Shown in pieces: positions 6,993 to 15,079 of a DNA stretch of 41,537 nucleotides. Positions within the stretch are counted from its first letter, which is position 1; every line of letters begins with the position of its first letter. A program made the translations under genes and the position numbers. The notes beneath the pieces are model-generated. The model was not told the origin of the DNA. It saw nothing but the letters and a program-made list of their open reading frames with translations, and did not search any database. Source of the DNA: a virus; IMG/VR virus record IMGVR_UViG_3300049010_000004, positions 1-41,537 of that record. One strand, written 5' to 3'.

Positions 6993-6999
6993 TCCGCAC
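6988..6999 (+). repeat. Copy 2 of the ATTAGTCCGCAC element (followed by TGACCTTGC as in copy 5)
   Basis: Exact 12-mer straddling the stop codon of the preceding gene. Confidence 0.9.
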
Positions 7000-7093
7000 T
7001 AACTATGACCTTGCTGAGATGGTATGTCCATAAAAGCTTTTGGGGTAATAGCATCCCAGCAAGACCAACCTCATTGCAGAAAGGAAACGTGAG

Positions 7094-7393
7094 ATGTCCG
7101 TTGTTCATTGCAAGAAAGAAAAATACGACGTGTATATCGGGAGACCAAGTAAGTGGGGTAATCCCTTCGAGATTGGTAAAGACGGCACAAGGGAAGAGGT
7201 TATCGAAAAGTATGAGCTATGGTTGCGAGACCAGCCAGACCTGATTCGATCCATACCAGAACTTTCGGGAAAGACTCTTGGATGCTGGTGCGCTCCGAAG
7301 GAATGTCACGGTGATGTATTGGTTAGGTTAGCTTCCGCGTCGATTAGTCCGCACCACAGCCAAGACAAGTCTGACCAACGAATTGCCCCATGA
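7094..7393 (+). CDS. DUF4326-like protein
   Basis: 99 aa. 'YDVYIGRPSKWGNPF...GKTLGCWCAPKECHGDVL' matches the DUF4326 signature as I recall it. Confidence 0.6.
   Translation: MSVVHCKKEKYDVYIGRPSKWGNPFEIGKDGTREEVIEKYELWLRDQPDLIRSIPELSGKTLGCWCAPKECHGDVLVRLASASISPHHSQDKSDQRIAP
7343..7384 (+). repeat. Copy 3 of the bipartite element (ATTAGTCCGCAC 7343..7354 plus GACCAACGAATT 7373..7384)
   Basis: Read directly; lies at the 3' end of the DUF4326-like gene, just before the next start codon. Confidence 0.9.
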
Positions 7394-7602
7394 AACGTTC
7401 TCTAACCCCTTCTTCTCTAGGTCTTGCTCAAGGTAAGTCTCCTATGAACGAAGAAGAGCTACACGATAAAGCAAAGCAACTATACGACGACACCGGATCA
7501 GTCTTATTCACACAATCCACATTAGCCAAGCTGCCTTACACGGTTCGCAAGACTGTTGAAGAGGCGGCTGCCCAACTATTCGGTCAAAGGAAACAGAAAT
7601 GA
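7390..7602 (+). CDS. Hypothetical protein (70 aa)
   Basis: ATGA overlaps at both ends. Confidence 0.55.
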   Translation: MKRSLTPSSLGLAQGKSPMNEEELHDKAKQLYDDTGSVLFTQSTLAKLPYTVRKTVEEAAAQLFGQRKQK

Positions 7603-7790
7603 ACAAAGTAAACATTTGCATCAGAATAATTCTATTTGCCGCCTTGGTGTATTTCGTTTATCAGGAGACGGGCTTCTTTACTGCGCTGTCGATGACTTTC
7701 ATTTTCGTCTACACAGAACTCAGCACAATGTGTCACCACAACACGCTAGAGACTATAAAAATTATCGAAAAATGGCTGGGGAGTAAATAA
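7599..7790 (+). CDS. Small membrane protein (63 aa, two hydrophobic segments)
   Basis: 'ICIRIILFAALVYFVY' and 'GFFTALSMTFIFVY'; could be holin-like, but there is no adjacent lysin. Confidence 0.5.
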   Translation: MNKVNICIRIILFAALVYFVYQETGFFTALSMTFIFVYTELSTMCHHNTLETIKIIEKWLGSK

Positions 7791-8149
7791 TGAACGCCCC
7801 CGCATACATCGACACCACTACTCAAAAGGTCAAGGATGCCTTGGAGGTTTGGGCAGAATGGATGCAACAGGACGACACCAAGCTAGGATACCCAAGCAAG
7901 AGTGCCGTTATCCTTTCAGGCGGTGGCGCATGGGGTAGTTTCGGAGATGACCTGGAGGATGAAGTAGACGGAACGATGGCAAGGGCTGTAGATGCGATTC
8001 TGGAAGGCATGCCGCTAAGCCAGAAGAACGCGGTGTTCCACTTTCATATTGCGGCAGTATTTACGCCACGGAGAACGCTGATCGAGGACGACTATGCGGA
8101 TGCGTTGGTGTCGGTTGAAGTAGGGCTGAGAAAGCGCGGCCTCGTATAA
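7790..8149 (+). CDS. Possible late-gene antiterminator (Q-like) by position; function uncertain
   Basis: 119 aa. Last gene of the nin-like block, followed by a promoter-like site and two terminators. 'LEVWAEWMQQDD..LGYPS' loosely recalls Q-family N-termini. Confidence 0.3.
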   Translation: MNAPAYIDTTTQKVKDALEVWAEWMQQDDTKLGYPSKSAVILSGGGAWGSFGDDLEDEVDGTMARAVDAILEGMPLSQKNAVFHFHIAAVFTPRRTLIEDDYADALVSVEVGLRKRGLV

Positions 8150-8162
8150 CATGAAATATCGC

Positions 8163-8191
8163 TTGCACACAAGTAAATTTTGTGGGATGAT
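8163..8191 (+). promoter_or_regulatory. Candidate late promoter (PR'-like)
   Basis: TTGCAC 8163..8168, 17-nt spacer, TGgGATGAT (extended -10-like) ending at 8191. Confidence 0.3.
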
Positions 8192-8223
8192 TATTGCGGG
8201 AGAAGTCGCGCCCAGAGAAAACG

Positions 8224-8256
8224 AAGCCGCTAGGTCAATGATTGGCGGCTTTTGTA
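8224..8256 (+). terminator. Candidate intrinsic terminator downstream of the late promoter
   Basis: AAGCCGC(ta.)/(.tt)GCGGCTT stem (8224..8233 with 8242..8251), then a short T-run TTTTGT. Confidence 0.4.
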
Positions 8257-8466
8257 CTTATGGAATGGTGATTGAAACCTGAAGAGATTGCGGCCTGAAT
8301 GCTTAGGCAGGATCTGAGGCGGTATCGAGGATAGCAATCCAGTCACCATCCCATAGGTGCAGTGAATAAGGCAAAACTTCCCTCTCTCGTCAGGGCGAGG
8401 GGAAGCGTAAATGCTCATTGACTCAGTGTGAGTTTGCCGAAATACATTGAGCGCACTTATACCTAG

Positions 8467-8497
8467 AAGCCCCCTCCAGAGATGGTCGGGGCTTTTT
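8467..8497 (+). terminator. Intrinsic terminator before the first late ORF
   Basis: AAGCCCC/GGGGCTT stem (8467..8473 with 8488..8494), T-run to 8497. Confidence 0.55.
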
Positions 8498-8535
8498 CCA
8501 TTTCCGATGCATCTGAGGATGCAGAAAGGTAAAGC

Positions 8536-8781
8536 ATGAAGATCGAGTACAAGGTACGTCCAATCACCCGCTATGTCGTAACTCGTTATGAGCAGAGCGA
8601 TTGCGGGAGGGTTGGTGGAAGCGTAAACAAAGGCGAATACGACAATGGCGAGATAGCGTATGAAGTCGCCTACGCGCTTTGCAAGTCCGATCATGAATCT
8701 TCTGGATACCCAATTGGGGATGAGCGCATAAAATATCCAGAGAGAGTAGGCGTTCGCTCGGCTGGTAGTAGTTTAGATTGA
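8536..8781 (+). CDS. Hypothetical protein (81 aa)
   Basis: RBS GAAAGG upstream; co-directional with the late genes. Confidence 0.55.
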   Translation: MKIEYKVRPITRYVVTRYEQSDCGRVGGSVNKGEYDNGEIAYEVAYALCKSDHESSGYPIGDERIKYPERVGVRSAGSSLD

Positions 8782-9104
8782 AAGAACTATCACTAAGACC
8801 ATACAACGGCAGACTGTTCGTAACTCACACTAAGCAAGACTACGAACGAAGCCACAAAAAGATATTTAAGACCGCCGATATACTTACTTGCGCTCAAGAA
8901 GGACGATTCGGTGGCGGCGAAGGTCATGATGGCTTGTGGACATACCTGATCTACGCAGAAACGCCACACACTCTTGCTCACGAACTATCGCATGTTGTAT
9001 TGCACGTATTCGAGCGATGCGGGATTGACCCTCGCGAAGCTGGAGGAGAACCGTTTTGTTACATGCTCAGCCAGTTAATGCTCGAAGCAAACGAACACCC
9101 ATAG
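8778..9104 (+). CDS. Small HExxH-motif protein (possible zinc metallopeptidase-like)
   Basis: 108 aa. 'TLAHELSHVVLHVFE' contains HELSH. The TTG start overlaps the upstream stop. Confidence 0.45.
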   Translation: MKELSLRPYNGRLFVTHTKQDYERSHKKIFKTADILTCAQEGRFGGGEGHDGLWTYLIYAETPHTLAHELSHVVLHVFERCGIDPREAGGEPFCYMLSQLMLEANEHP

Positions 9105-9424
9105 CAATATGGGCTAACGTCCGGTTCTAGACCGTTCCCCACTCGCTAGGCCAACGAGTGGTTGAAGCTTCCCACGGGAGGAAGCGACAGTGAATCCCGT
9201 TTCTCCAAGAAGTCTGATGATTATAGAGACCCACCATATACCGCCGAGTTAACGGGTCAACGGTTCCAAAGCTGAGTATGGGATAGTCATCAGTCTTGTT
9301 GGATGGCTGGCTCACCTGATTGGAGAGTGACTTTGCTGAGAACCGACAGGTTATGCGCCCTAAGCAAGTGCAAGGCTCAAGCATCGTAAACTGCTACTGC
9401 GTTCGATTCGCAGGCCACCAACAA
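9105..9424 (+). ncRNA. Candidate structured noncoding RNA / regulatory leader (class unknown)
   Basis: 320 nt with no credible ORF. Hairpins at 9139..9161 (7 bp) and 9167..9185 (6 bp). Long-range helices pair 9211..9220 with 9287..9296, and 9296..9307 with 9414..9424. A tRNA T-arm-like hairpin CTGCG-TTCGATT-CGCAG lies at 9397..9413, followed by GCCACCA. Confidence 0.35.
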
Positions 9425-9470
9425 CCCCACACCACAGCCTCATGCTTAACTGCGTGGGGCTTTTTCTTTT
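9425..9470 (+). terminator. Intrinsic terminator closing the structured region
   Basis: CCCCAC/GTGGGG stem (9425..9430 with 9454..9459) with an inner CAG/CTG, then CTTTTTCTTTT. The RBS GGAG and ATG 9481 follow immediately. Confidence 0.5.
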
Positions 9471-9480
9471 GGAGTACCGG

Positions 9481-9648
9481 ATGAGCACCAATGACGTTAC
9501 AGGCGACCGTATCGTTACCAAGTCATCCAAGAAGTACGAAGACAACTACGACGCAATCTTTCGAAAGGACGAAGCCATGTTCGGTAAAAAGCCAAAGGGT
9601 ACGGGTAAGAAACCAATGCCAGGTAAGAAAGGTAAAGCAGGCTGCTAA
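9481..9648 (+). CDS. Small lysine-rich protein (55 aa)
   Basis: 'MSTNDVTGDRIVTKSSKKYEDNYDAIFRK' followed by a KKPKGTGKKPMPGKKGKAGC tail. RBS GGAG 9471..9474. Confidence 0.55.
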   Translation: MSTNDVTGDRIVTKSSKKYEDNYDAIFRKDEAMFGKKPKGTGKKPMPGKKGKAGC

Positions 9649-10314
9649 ATGCTTCCTGTGTATGTCGGGTATGACGAACGGGAAGCCGTCGCATACCACA
9701 CTTACTGCAATTCAATCATCAGACGGGCTACAAAGCCCGTTTCTTTTTGCCCATTAGCCTTAAACACGCTGCACGAATACGAAGAGAAGCACACAGACGG
9801 AAGTAACGCTTTCATCTATTCGCGCTTCCTAGTCCCTCATCTACAGAACTACCAAGGATGGGCGCTGTTTGCTGATGGCGACATGATCGTAAACGAAGAC
9901 ATCGCTAAGTTATTCGACTTGGCAGATGAAACCAAAGCCTTGATGGTGGTGAAGCATGACTACAAGACTAGATTCCCACGCAAGTATCTCGGCAACAAGA
10001 ACGAAGACTATCCACGGAAGAACTGGTCAAGCGTCATCCTGTGGAACTGCGGTCACCCAAAGAACAAGGTCCTTACGCCGGAATATATCCAACAGGCAAG
10101 CGGAGCACTTCTTCATCGCTTTCAATGGCTGGACGATGGAGACATCGGGCAACTGAAGCACGCATGGAATTGGTTGGTTTCCGAGTACAGCTATAACCCA
10201 TCAGCCAAGTTACTTCATTACACCGTAGGCACTCCCTGCTTCCAGGAATACGCAGACTGCGAACACGCAGATCAATGGTATTCGGAATACGAGAAGGCAA
10301 GAGCGCCACTTTAA
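9649..10314 (+). CDS. GT-A fold glycosyltransferase (GT8-like, DxD motif)
   Basis: 221 aa. 'VYVGYDEREAVAYHTYCNSI', 'YSRFLVPHL' and 'ALFADGDMIV' (DxD) fit retaining GT-A enzymes. Confidence 0.6.
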   Translation: MLPVYVGYDEREAVAYHTYCNSIIRRATKPVSFCPLALNTLHEYEEKHTDGSNAFIYSRFLVPHLQNYQGWALFADGDMIVNEDIAKLFDLADETKALMVVKHDYKTRFPRKYLGNKNEDYPRKNWSSVILWNCGHPKNKVLTPEYIQQASGALLHRFQWLDDGDIGQLKHAWNWLVSEYSYNPSAKLLHYTVGTPCFQEYADCEHADQWYSEYEKARAPL

Positions 10315-10341
10315 CCGCCAATAATCCAAAGGGAACTGGCA

Positions 10342-10554
10342 ATGGACAACACAGAATACATCAGCAACAAATTACGCGATTACCGAGACACTGTAGCTCA
10401 GCAGCAGAACACCATCTCGCAATTGATCGGCGGCAATTACCCATCAAGAGCAGTGGTAGAGCATGCACTAAAGACGCAATCTGGCTCAGTGCTAAACCTC
10501 AGTAAGGCCAAGCAAGAATTCTTCAATCAGTTACAGAAACAAGCATGCGAATAA
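10342..10554 (+). CDS. Hypothetical protein (70 aa)
   Basis: Preceded by the AATAATCCAAAGG.AACT.GCAAT leader that recurs before the next gene. Confidence 0.55.
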   Translation: MDNTEYISNKLRDYRDTVAQQQNTISQLIGGNYPSRAVVEHALKTQSGSVLNLSKAKQEFFNQLQKQACE

Positions 10555-10573
10555 TCCAAAGGAACTCGCAATC

Positions 10574-10891
10574 ATGATATCCGTGAAATCCATAAGAGAA
10601 ATACTTCAAGAGCGCCGAAAGAACAAAGTCAGGAATATTCCCGACAGCTATTTTGACGGAGGCAGGAGATTAGCGGATAGCGTGAATCAAATTGTAGGTA
10701 AGCATTGCTATAACTGCAAAAACGCAGTGGCTTATGTTACTTGGCATTGCGATGTGGATGAATGCGATTGGCAGCCTTGTTACAGCAGAGATCAAATCAC
10801 AAAAGCCGACTATGAAGCCGGTAATAGGTTAAGTATGGGATGGATAGAACTTCCTCCGCAAGTTATTGATAATCAGAAGGTTGCAGGTTGA
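10574..10891 (+). CDS. Hypothetical Cys-rich protein (105 aa)
   Basis: 'CYNCKNAVAYVTWHCDVDECDWQPC'; same repeated leader upstream. Confidence 0.55.
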   Translation: MISVKSIREILQERRKNKVRNIPDSYFDGGRRLADSVNQIVGKHCYNCKNAVAYVTWHCDVDECDWQPCYSRDQITKADYEAGNRLSMGWIELPPQVIDNQKVAG

Positions 10892-10898
10892 ATCAATT

Positions 10899-11165
10899 AT
10901 GGCCGCTCCTGAAGGTAACAAGAACGCCACTAAGAACAAGTACTGGTCTGATGCGCTTCGTAAATACATCTTACAGAACCCTAAAGAACTAGAGGAAGCA
11001 GCCAAGGCTTTGTTCGCTAAAGCCAAGGATGGCGATGTCGCTGCAATGAAAGAGATTGGCGATAGGTTAGAGGGTAAAGCAGTCCAGCGTGTAGAAGGCT
11101 CTGGTGAAGATGGCGAGTTCATCACCAAGATGATTGTGGAGCTAGTAGAGCCAAGTGGAAGTTAA
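10899..11165 (+). CDS. terS: Terminase small subunit (probable)
   Basis: 88 aa starting 'MAAPEGNKNATKNKYW'. Lies immediately upstream of TerL and overlaps it. The ORF-track TTG start at 10866 is less likely. Confidence 0.5.
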   Translation: MAAPEGNKNATKNKYWSDALRKYILQNPKELEEAAKALFAKAKDGDVAAMKEIGDRLEGKAVQRVEGSGEDGEFITKMIVELVEPSGS

Positions 11166-12420
11166 AGCACAGTTCCCTGCCAAGCTAGGGTTCCTGTTTC
11201 ATCCAAAGCGATACAAGGTGGCAAGAGGCGGGCGAGGCTCAGGCAAGTCATGGGGGTTCGCAAGGGCGCTACTCATTAAGGGCAATCAAGAGAAGCTGCG
11301 TATCGGATGCTTCCGAGAAGTGCAGAACTCCATCAAGGATTCTGTTCACAAGCTGCTGAATGACCAGATACAAGCATTAGGCTTGGGGCAGGATTACCAA
11401 GTCTTGGCGACTGAGATCAGAAACAAGCGCACCGGATCGGAGTTCCTGTTCTCCGGCCTATCAGACCAGACCGATGAATCCATCAAGTCGTTTGAAGGTT
11501 TGGATATAGCGTGGGTAGAAGAAGGCCAGGCCATCAGTAAGCGGTCTTGGTCAATCCTCATTCCTACTATTCGTAAGCCTAACTCCGAGATATGGGTGAG
11601 CTACAACCCAGACTTGGAAACGGATGAGACGCATCAGCGCTTTGCTGTAGATCCGCCAGAGGATTGCGTGTCCGTCCTCATGAATTACTCGGACAACCCT
11701 TGGTTCCCCGAAGTGCTTGAGAAAGAGCGCATAGAGTGCAAGAGGCGCTATCCGAAAGACTACCCGAACATCTGGGAAGGCAAATGCCGTCCTGCTGCTG
11801 AAGGCGCTATCTACTACGACGAGATGGAAGCGGTTCAGTCCAATGGGCAGATATTGAATCTCCCATACGATCCGAAGCTGAAAGTTCACGTAGTGGTGGA
11901 CTTGGGCTGGAACGATGCCATGTCCATCATTATGGTTCAGAAGACCATCTCCGAGATACGTGTCATTGACTACATCGAGGACACGCACAAGAAGCTGTCC
12001 GATTACTCGCAGATGCTTCATGAGCGTAAATACAACTGGGGCAAGCTGTTCATCCCGCACGATGGATACAACGAGGACGTCAAGGCGGCAAGTGCCTACA
12101 GAATCCTCAAGGATTTGGGATGGGACATTCCCGATAAGAATGATTTAGTCCAAATGAACATCGAGGCTGGCATTAAAGCTGCCAGATTGATATTCCCGCG
12201 CTGTTATTTCGACAAGGTAAAGGCTGCGAGGCTGATTGAGTGCCTCAAGCGCTATCGCCGCAACGTACCAAAGAACACCAACGAGCCAGCATCGCCAAAG
12301 CATGACGAGTTCTCGCATGGCGCTGATGCATTCCGCTATCTGGCACTCGCTGTAGACCAGATGAAGAACGAAGACCGAGCCTGGAAGCCCATCAAGTATC
12401 CGAACATGGGGATTGTGTGA
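11155..12420 (+). CDS. terL: Terminase large subunit
   Basis: 421 aa. Walker A 'GGRGSGKSW', Walker B-like 'LDIAWVEEGQ', and a C-terminal nuclease region ('VVVDLGWND', 'HGADAFRY'). Confidence 0.9.
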   Translation: MEVKAQFPAKLGFLFHPKRYKVARGGRGSGKSWGFARALLIKGNQEKLRIGCFREVQNSIKDSVHKLLNDQIQALGLGQDYQVLATEIRNKRTGSEFLFSGLSDQTDESIKSFEGLDIAWVEEGQAISKRSWSILIPTIRKPNSEIWVSYNPDLETDETHQRFAVDPPEDCVSVLMNYSDNPWFPEVLEKERIECKRRYPKDYPNIWEGKCRPAAEGAIYYDEMEAVQSNGQILNLPYDPKLKVHVVVDLGWNDAMSIIMVQKTISEIRVIDYIEDTHKKLSDYSQMLHERKYNWGKLFIPHDGYNEDVKAASAYRILKDLGWDIPDKNDLVQMNIEAGIKAARLIFPRCYFDKVKAARLIECLKRYRRNVPKNTNEPASPKHDEFSHGADAFRYLALAVDQMKNEDRAWKPIKYPNMGIV

Positions 12421-12578
12421 TTCTCAGAGTAGACATCTTTCTCCTGTGCGAGGCGAGCGACATTAGGACGCGCAAGGTAAATGCGGTAATTGAAGACCAA
12501 TCGGGCTTGAAGAGCAAAACATTCTCAGGCGACAACGCCGAAGCGGAAGCCAAGCAATGGATTAGAGAAAACCTATGA
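12417..12578 (+). CDS. Small ORF (53 aa, GTG start, not in ORF track)
   Basis: It fills the TerL-portal gap exactly, with a GTGTGA overlap on TerL and an ATGA overlap on the portal start. Confidence 0.4.
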   Translation: MILRVDIFLLCEASDIRTRKVNAVIEDQSGLKSKTFSGDNAEAEAKQWIRENL

Positions 12579-14689
12579 AGAAGATGACCGAAGACGAACT
12601 GATTGCCAGGATTGAGCAGGAAGAGAGAGTGTCTCTCGACTACCTGTCCGGCACGTTGTCAGATGAGCGCTCCGAGAACATGGAGCTTTATCTTGGCGAC
12701 AAGACCCGTGAGTTAGCAGCCATTGAAGGCCGTTCGTCCGTTGTCTCTATGGATGCACAGGAAGCGGTTGATTCCGTCATGCCGTACCTGATGAAAGTAT
12801 TCTGCTCCGGCGATGAAGTGGTCAAGTTCGATCCTGTCGGCCCTGAGGACGTAGAAGCCTCAGAGCAAGAGACTGACTATGTAAACCATGTGGTGATGAA
12901 CCAGAACAACTTCTTCTTGGTTGGCTATCAGTGGATCAAGGACGGCCTAATCACCAAGAACGGTTATTGCAAGTATTGGTGGGATGAGTCCGAGGATGTG
13001 ACCGAGGAACGGTACCAAGGGCTAACAGACCAAGAGTTTCAGATGCTGATTCAGGATGAGAGCGTAGAGCCATTAGAGCATACGTCCTATCCTGACACTA
13101 CAGACCCTATGGCGGCACAGATTGCAGAAGCCGCACAGATGGGCGACCAACAAGCGCTGATGATCCTCCAGCAAGGCCCGATGCTGCATGACTTGAAGGT
13201 AAAGATCCGCAACGTCAAAGGCCGCGTGAAGATTGAGCCATGCCCGCCTGAAGAAATCCTAGTAGCGCCTGATGAGCGCAACATCGACCCGAACACTACC
13301 CGCTTCTTTGAGCATAGGCAGTGGAAGACTATCTCCGATTTACGCGAGATGGGCTATGACATTGACGACGACATTGCAGACGACCCTACGACATTGTTTA
13401 TGTCAGAGGATTGGCTGAGCCGTCAGGAGTTCCCAGAAGAAGAGACTTGGCGCGATGAACCGACTGATGGCGTGATGCGCCGTGTGGTCTATCGTGAAGC
13501 CTATATCAAGGTTGACTTCGACGGTGATGGTATCGCTGAGCGTCGCCGTGTGTGCATGGTGGGCAAGACGGTTCTCGATAACGAATTGTGCGATGGTGTG
13601 CCGTTTGCAGCTTTAACGCCCTACATCGTGCCTCACCGCCATATCGGTCGTGCATTGGTGGACTTGAACAAGGATATTCAGGTCATCAAGACGGTGATCT
13701 TGCGGAACGTACTGGATAACTTCTACGCCTCCAATAACGGGCGTTGGGCTATCTCTGACCGCGTAAACCTGGACGACATGCTGGTATCCCGTCCTGGTGG
13801 CGTTGTGCGTGTAGAAGGCTCTCCTGGCAGCGAAATCATGCCATTGGTGACCAATCCCATCGGCAATGCAGCCTTCCCGCTGATGGAATACCTAGACACC
13901 ATCAAAGAGAACCGTACAGGCATCACCCGTTATAACCAGGGCATGGATTCGGACAGCCTCAACAAGACGGCATCCGGCATCAACCAGATCATGGATGCTG
14001 CACAGCAAAAGCAGGACTTGATTGCACGCACGTTGGCCGAGACTGGCGTTAAGCAACTGTTCCAAGGTGTCCACAAGATTATCAAGCAGCACGGCAACAA
14101 GGAAGAAGTGGTTAGGCTGCGCGGTAAGTGGGTTCCTGTTGATCCCCGTCAGTGGAAGTCTCGCACCGACATGACTGTGACTGTGGGTCTTGGCACTGGC
14201 AACAAGCAGGCCATGTTGGGCCAGATCATGAGCATCTTGGGTGTGCAGCAGCAAGCCCTGCAAATTGGCGTGGCTACCCCTCAGAACATCTACGAAGCCT
14301 GCATGGAGTTGACCAAGAACGCAGGGTTCAAGGACGGCGACAAGTATTGGACGAATCCCGTACAGCAACAACAGCAAGAGCCTCAACCTGACCCGAAGGT
14401 CATAGAGGCACAGATGAAGAATGAGCTGGAGAATAAGAAGCTCCAGCAAAAGGCAGAGAACGATCAGGCAACGCTTCTGCAAAAGCAAGAGGCACAAAGC
14501 CAGAACTTCTACCTTGGCATGCAGCAATTACTGCAACAAGCCGAGGAGGCAAACAGCAAGCGCATGTTGGAGCTAACCAAGATGGTCGAGGAAATCCAGC
14601 TTGAGACTAAGCGCATGGGCATGGACTTTGTTAAGCATCAATCATCCGAGCAGAACAAGATTGATTCAATCAGCAGGGATTCAATGTGA
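12575..14689 (+). CDS. Portal protein with Q-rich C-terminal coiled coil
   Basis: 704 aa, positioned after TerL. 'ERSENMELYLGD' N-terminal motif. The long QQQQQEPQ.../coiled-coil tail is reminiscent of the P22 portal barrel. Confidence 0.8.
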   Translation: MKKMTEDELIARIEQEERVSLDYLSGTLSDERSENMELYLGDKTRELAAIEGRSSVVSMDAQEAVDSVMPYLMKVFCSGDEVVKFDPVGPEDVEASEQETDYVNHVVMNQNNFFLVGYQWIKDGLITKNGYCKYWWDESEDVTEERYQGLTDQEFQMLIQDESVEPLEHTSYPDTTDPMAAQIAEAAQMGDQQALMILQQGPMLHDLKVKIRNVKGRVKIEPCPPEEILVAPDERNIDPNTTRFFEHRQWKTISDLREMGYDIDDDIADDPTTLFMSEDWLSRQEFPEEETWRDEPTDGVMRRVVYREAYIKVDFDGDGIAERRRVCMVGKTVLDNELCDGVPFAALTPYIVPHRHIGRALVDLNKDIQVIKTVILRNVLDNFYASNNGRWAISDRVNLDDMLVSRPGGVVRVEGSPGSEIMPLVTNPIGNAAFPLMEYLDTIKENRTGITRYNQGMDSDSLNKTASGINQIMDAAQQKQDLIARTLAETGVKQLFQGVHKIIKQHGNKEEVVRLRGKWVPVDPRQWKSRTDMTVTVGLGTGNKQAMLGQIMSILGVQQQALQIGVATPQNIYEACMELTKNAGFKDGDKYWTNPVQQQQQEPQPDPKVIEAQMKNELENKKLQQKAENDQATLLQKQEAQSQNFYLGMQQLLQQAEEANSKRMLELTKMVEEIQLETKRMGMDFVKHQSSEQNKIDSISRDSM

Positions 14690-14970
14690 GCCTGGAACAA
14701 GAAGCAGGACAAGGATTACAAGCAGAACGTCTCTTAGAGGAGCTATCCCCATATCTAGTCATGGTGCGAGAAGCCATCGTGCAGAAGTGGGAATCCTCCC
14801 CTGTATGCGATAAGGAAGGCCAGCACGAGCTGCGGTTGATGCGTAAGTTACTAGGTGACGTAGAGGCCAACATCAAGACCGCAATCGAGACTGGCAAGCT
14901 GGCACGTATCCAGATCGAGCGCGATTCAAAGCTTGAGCTAGTCAAAAAGGTAGTACGCAGGTTCGCATAG
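14686..14970 (+). CDS. Hypothetical head-module protein (94 aa)
   Basis: The GTG start overlaps the portal stop. Confidence 0.5.
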   Translation: MSLEQEAGQGLQAERLLEELSPYLVMVREAIVQKWESSPVCDKEGQHELRLMRKLLGDVEANIKTAIETGKLARIQIERDSKLELVKKVVRRFA

Positions 14971-15079
14971 CATTAAGCCGTTACTCAGTCGGCTTGATTA
15001 GCAATATTCACTGAGCAGTAGAACGTCGCGAGACGCCGTTGCAAGGGGACGCCCTTTGCACAGACCTTAGGAGTATGAA

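Noticed and set aside
5239-7354. Repeat family as a DNA uptake sequence or known Chi site
   Set aside because: The core GTGCGGACT / AGTCCGCAC does not match Neisseriaceae DUS variants, Pasteurellaceae USS (AAGTGCGGT, ACAAGCGGT) or E. coli Chi (GCTGGTGG). The strict co-orientation with transcription and the second box argue for a different explanation, so it is kept as an open finding instead.
6774-7790. Membrane ORFs 6774..6992 and 7599..7790 as the holin
   Set aside because: They lie in the early nin-like block, far from any lysin candidate and upstream of the late promoter. They are annotated only as membrane proteins.
8230-8694. 154-aa minus-strand ORF in the gap after the Q-like gene
   Set aside because: It is antisense to the late operon and overlaps the plus-strand ORF 8536..8781. 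It spans two plus-strand terminator hairpins, and it has no RBS or recognisable motif. It is more likely a chance ORF in a regulatory region.
9349-9424. Possible tRNA gene ending in the T-arm-like hairpin and GCCACCA
   Set aside because: No 5' acceptor strand complementary to GCCACCA lies at tRNA distance. No D-arm or 7-nt anticodon loop could be folded, and CCA is not at the correct offset from the T-stem. It is retained only as part of the unexplained structured region.
9105-9424. Phage-encoded tmRNA
   Set aside because: The size and the T-arm are suggestive. However, I found no acceptor pairing between the 5' end and the 3' end, no G-U identity pair, and no tag reading frame ending in a hydrophobic ..AA-stop. 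ARAGORN or Infernal would be needed to settle this.
11551-12060. 169-aa minus-strand ORF inside TerL
   Set aside because: It is antisense to a confidently identified terminase gene.
13892-14527. 211-aa leucine-rich minus-strand ORF
   Set aside because: It is a shadow of the Q/E/K-rich portal C-terminus (CAG/CAA codons read as CTG/TTG on the opposite strand).
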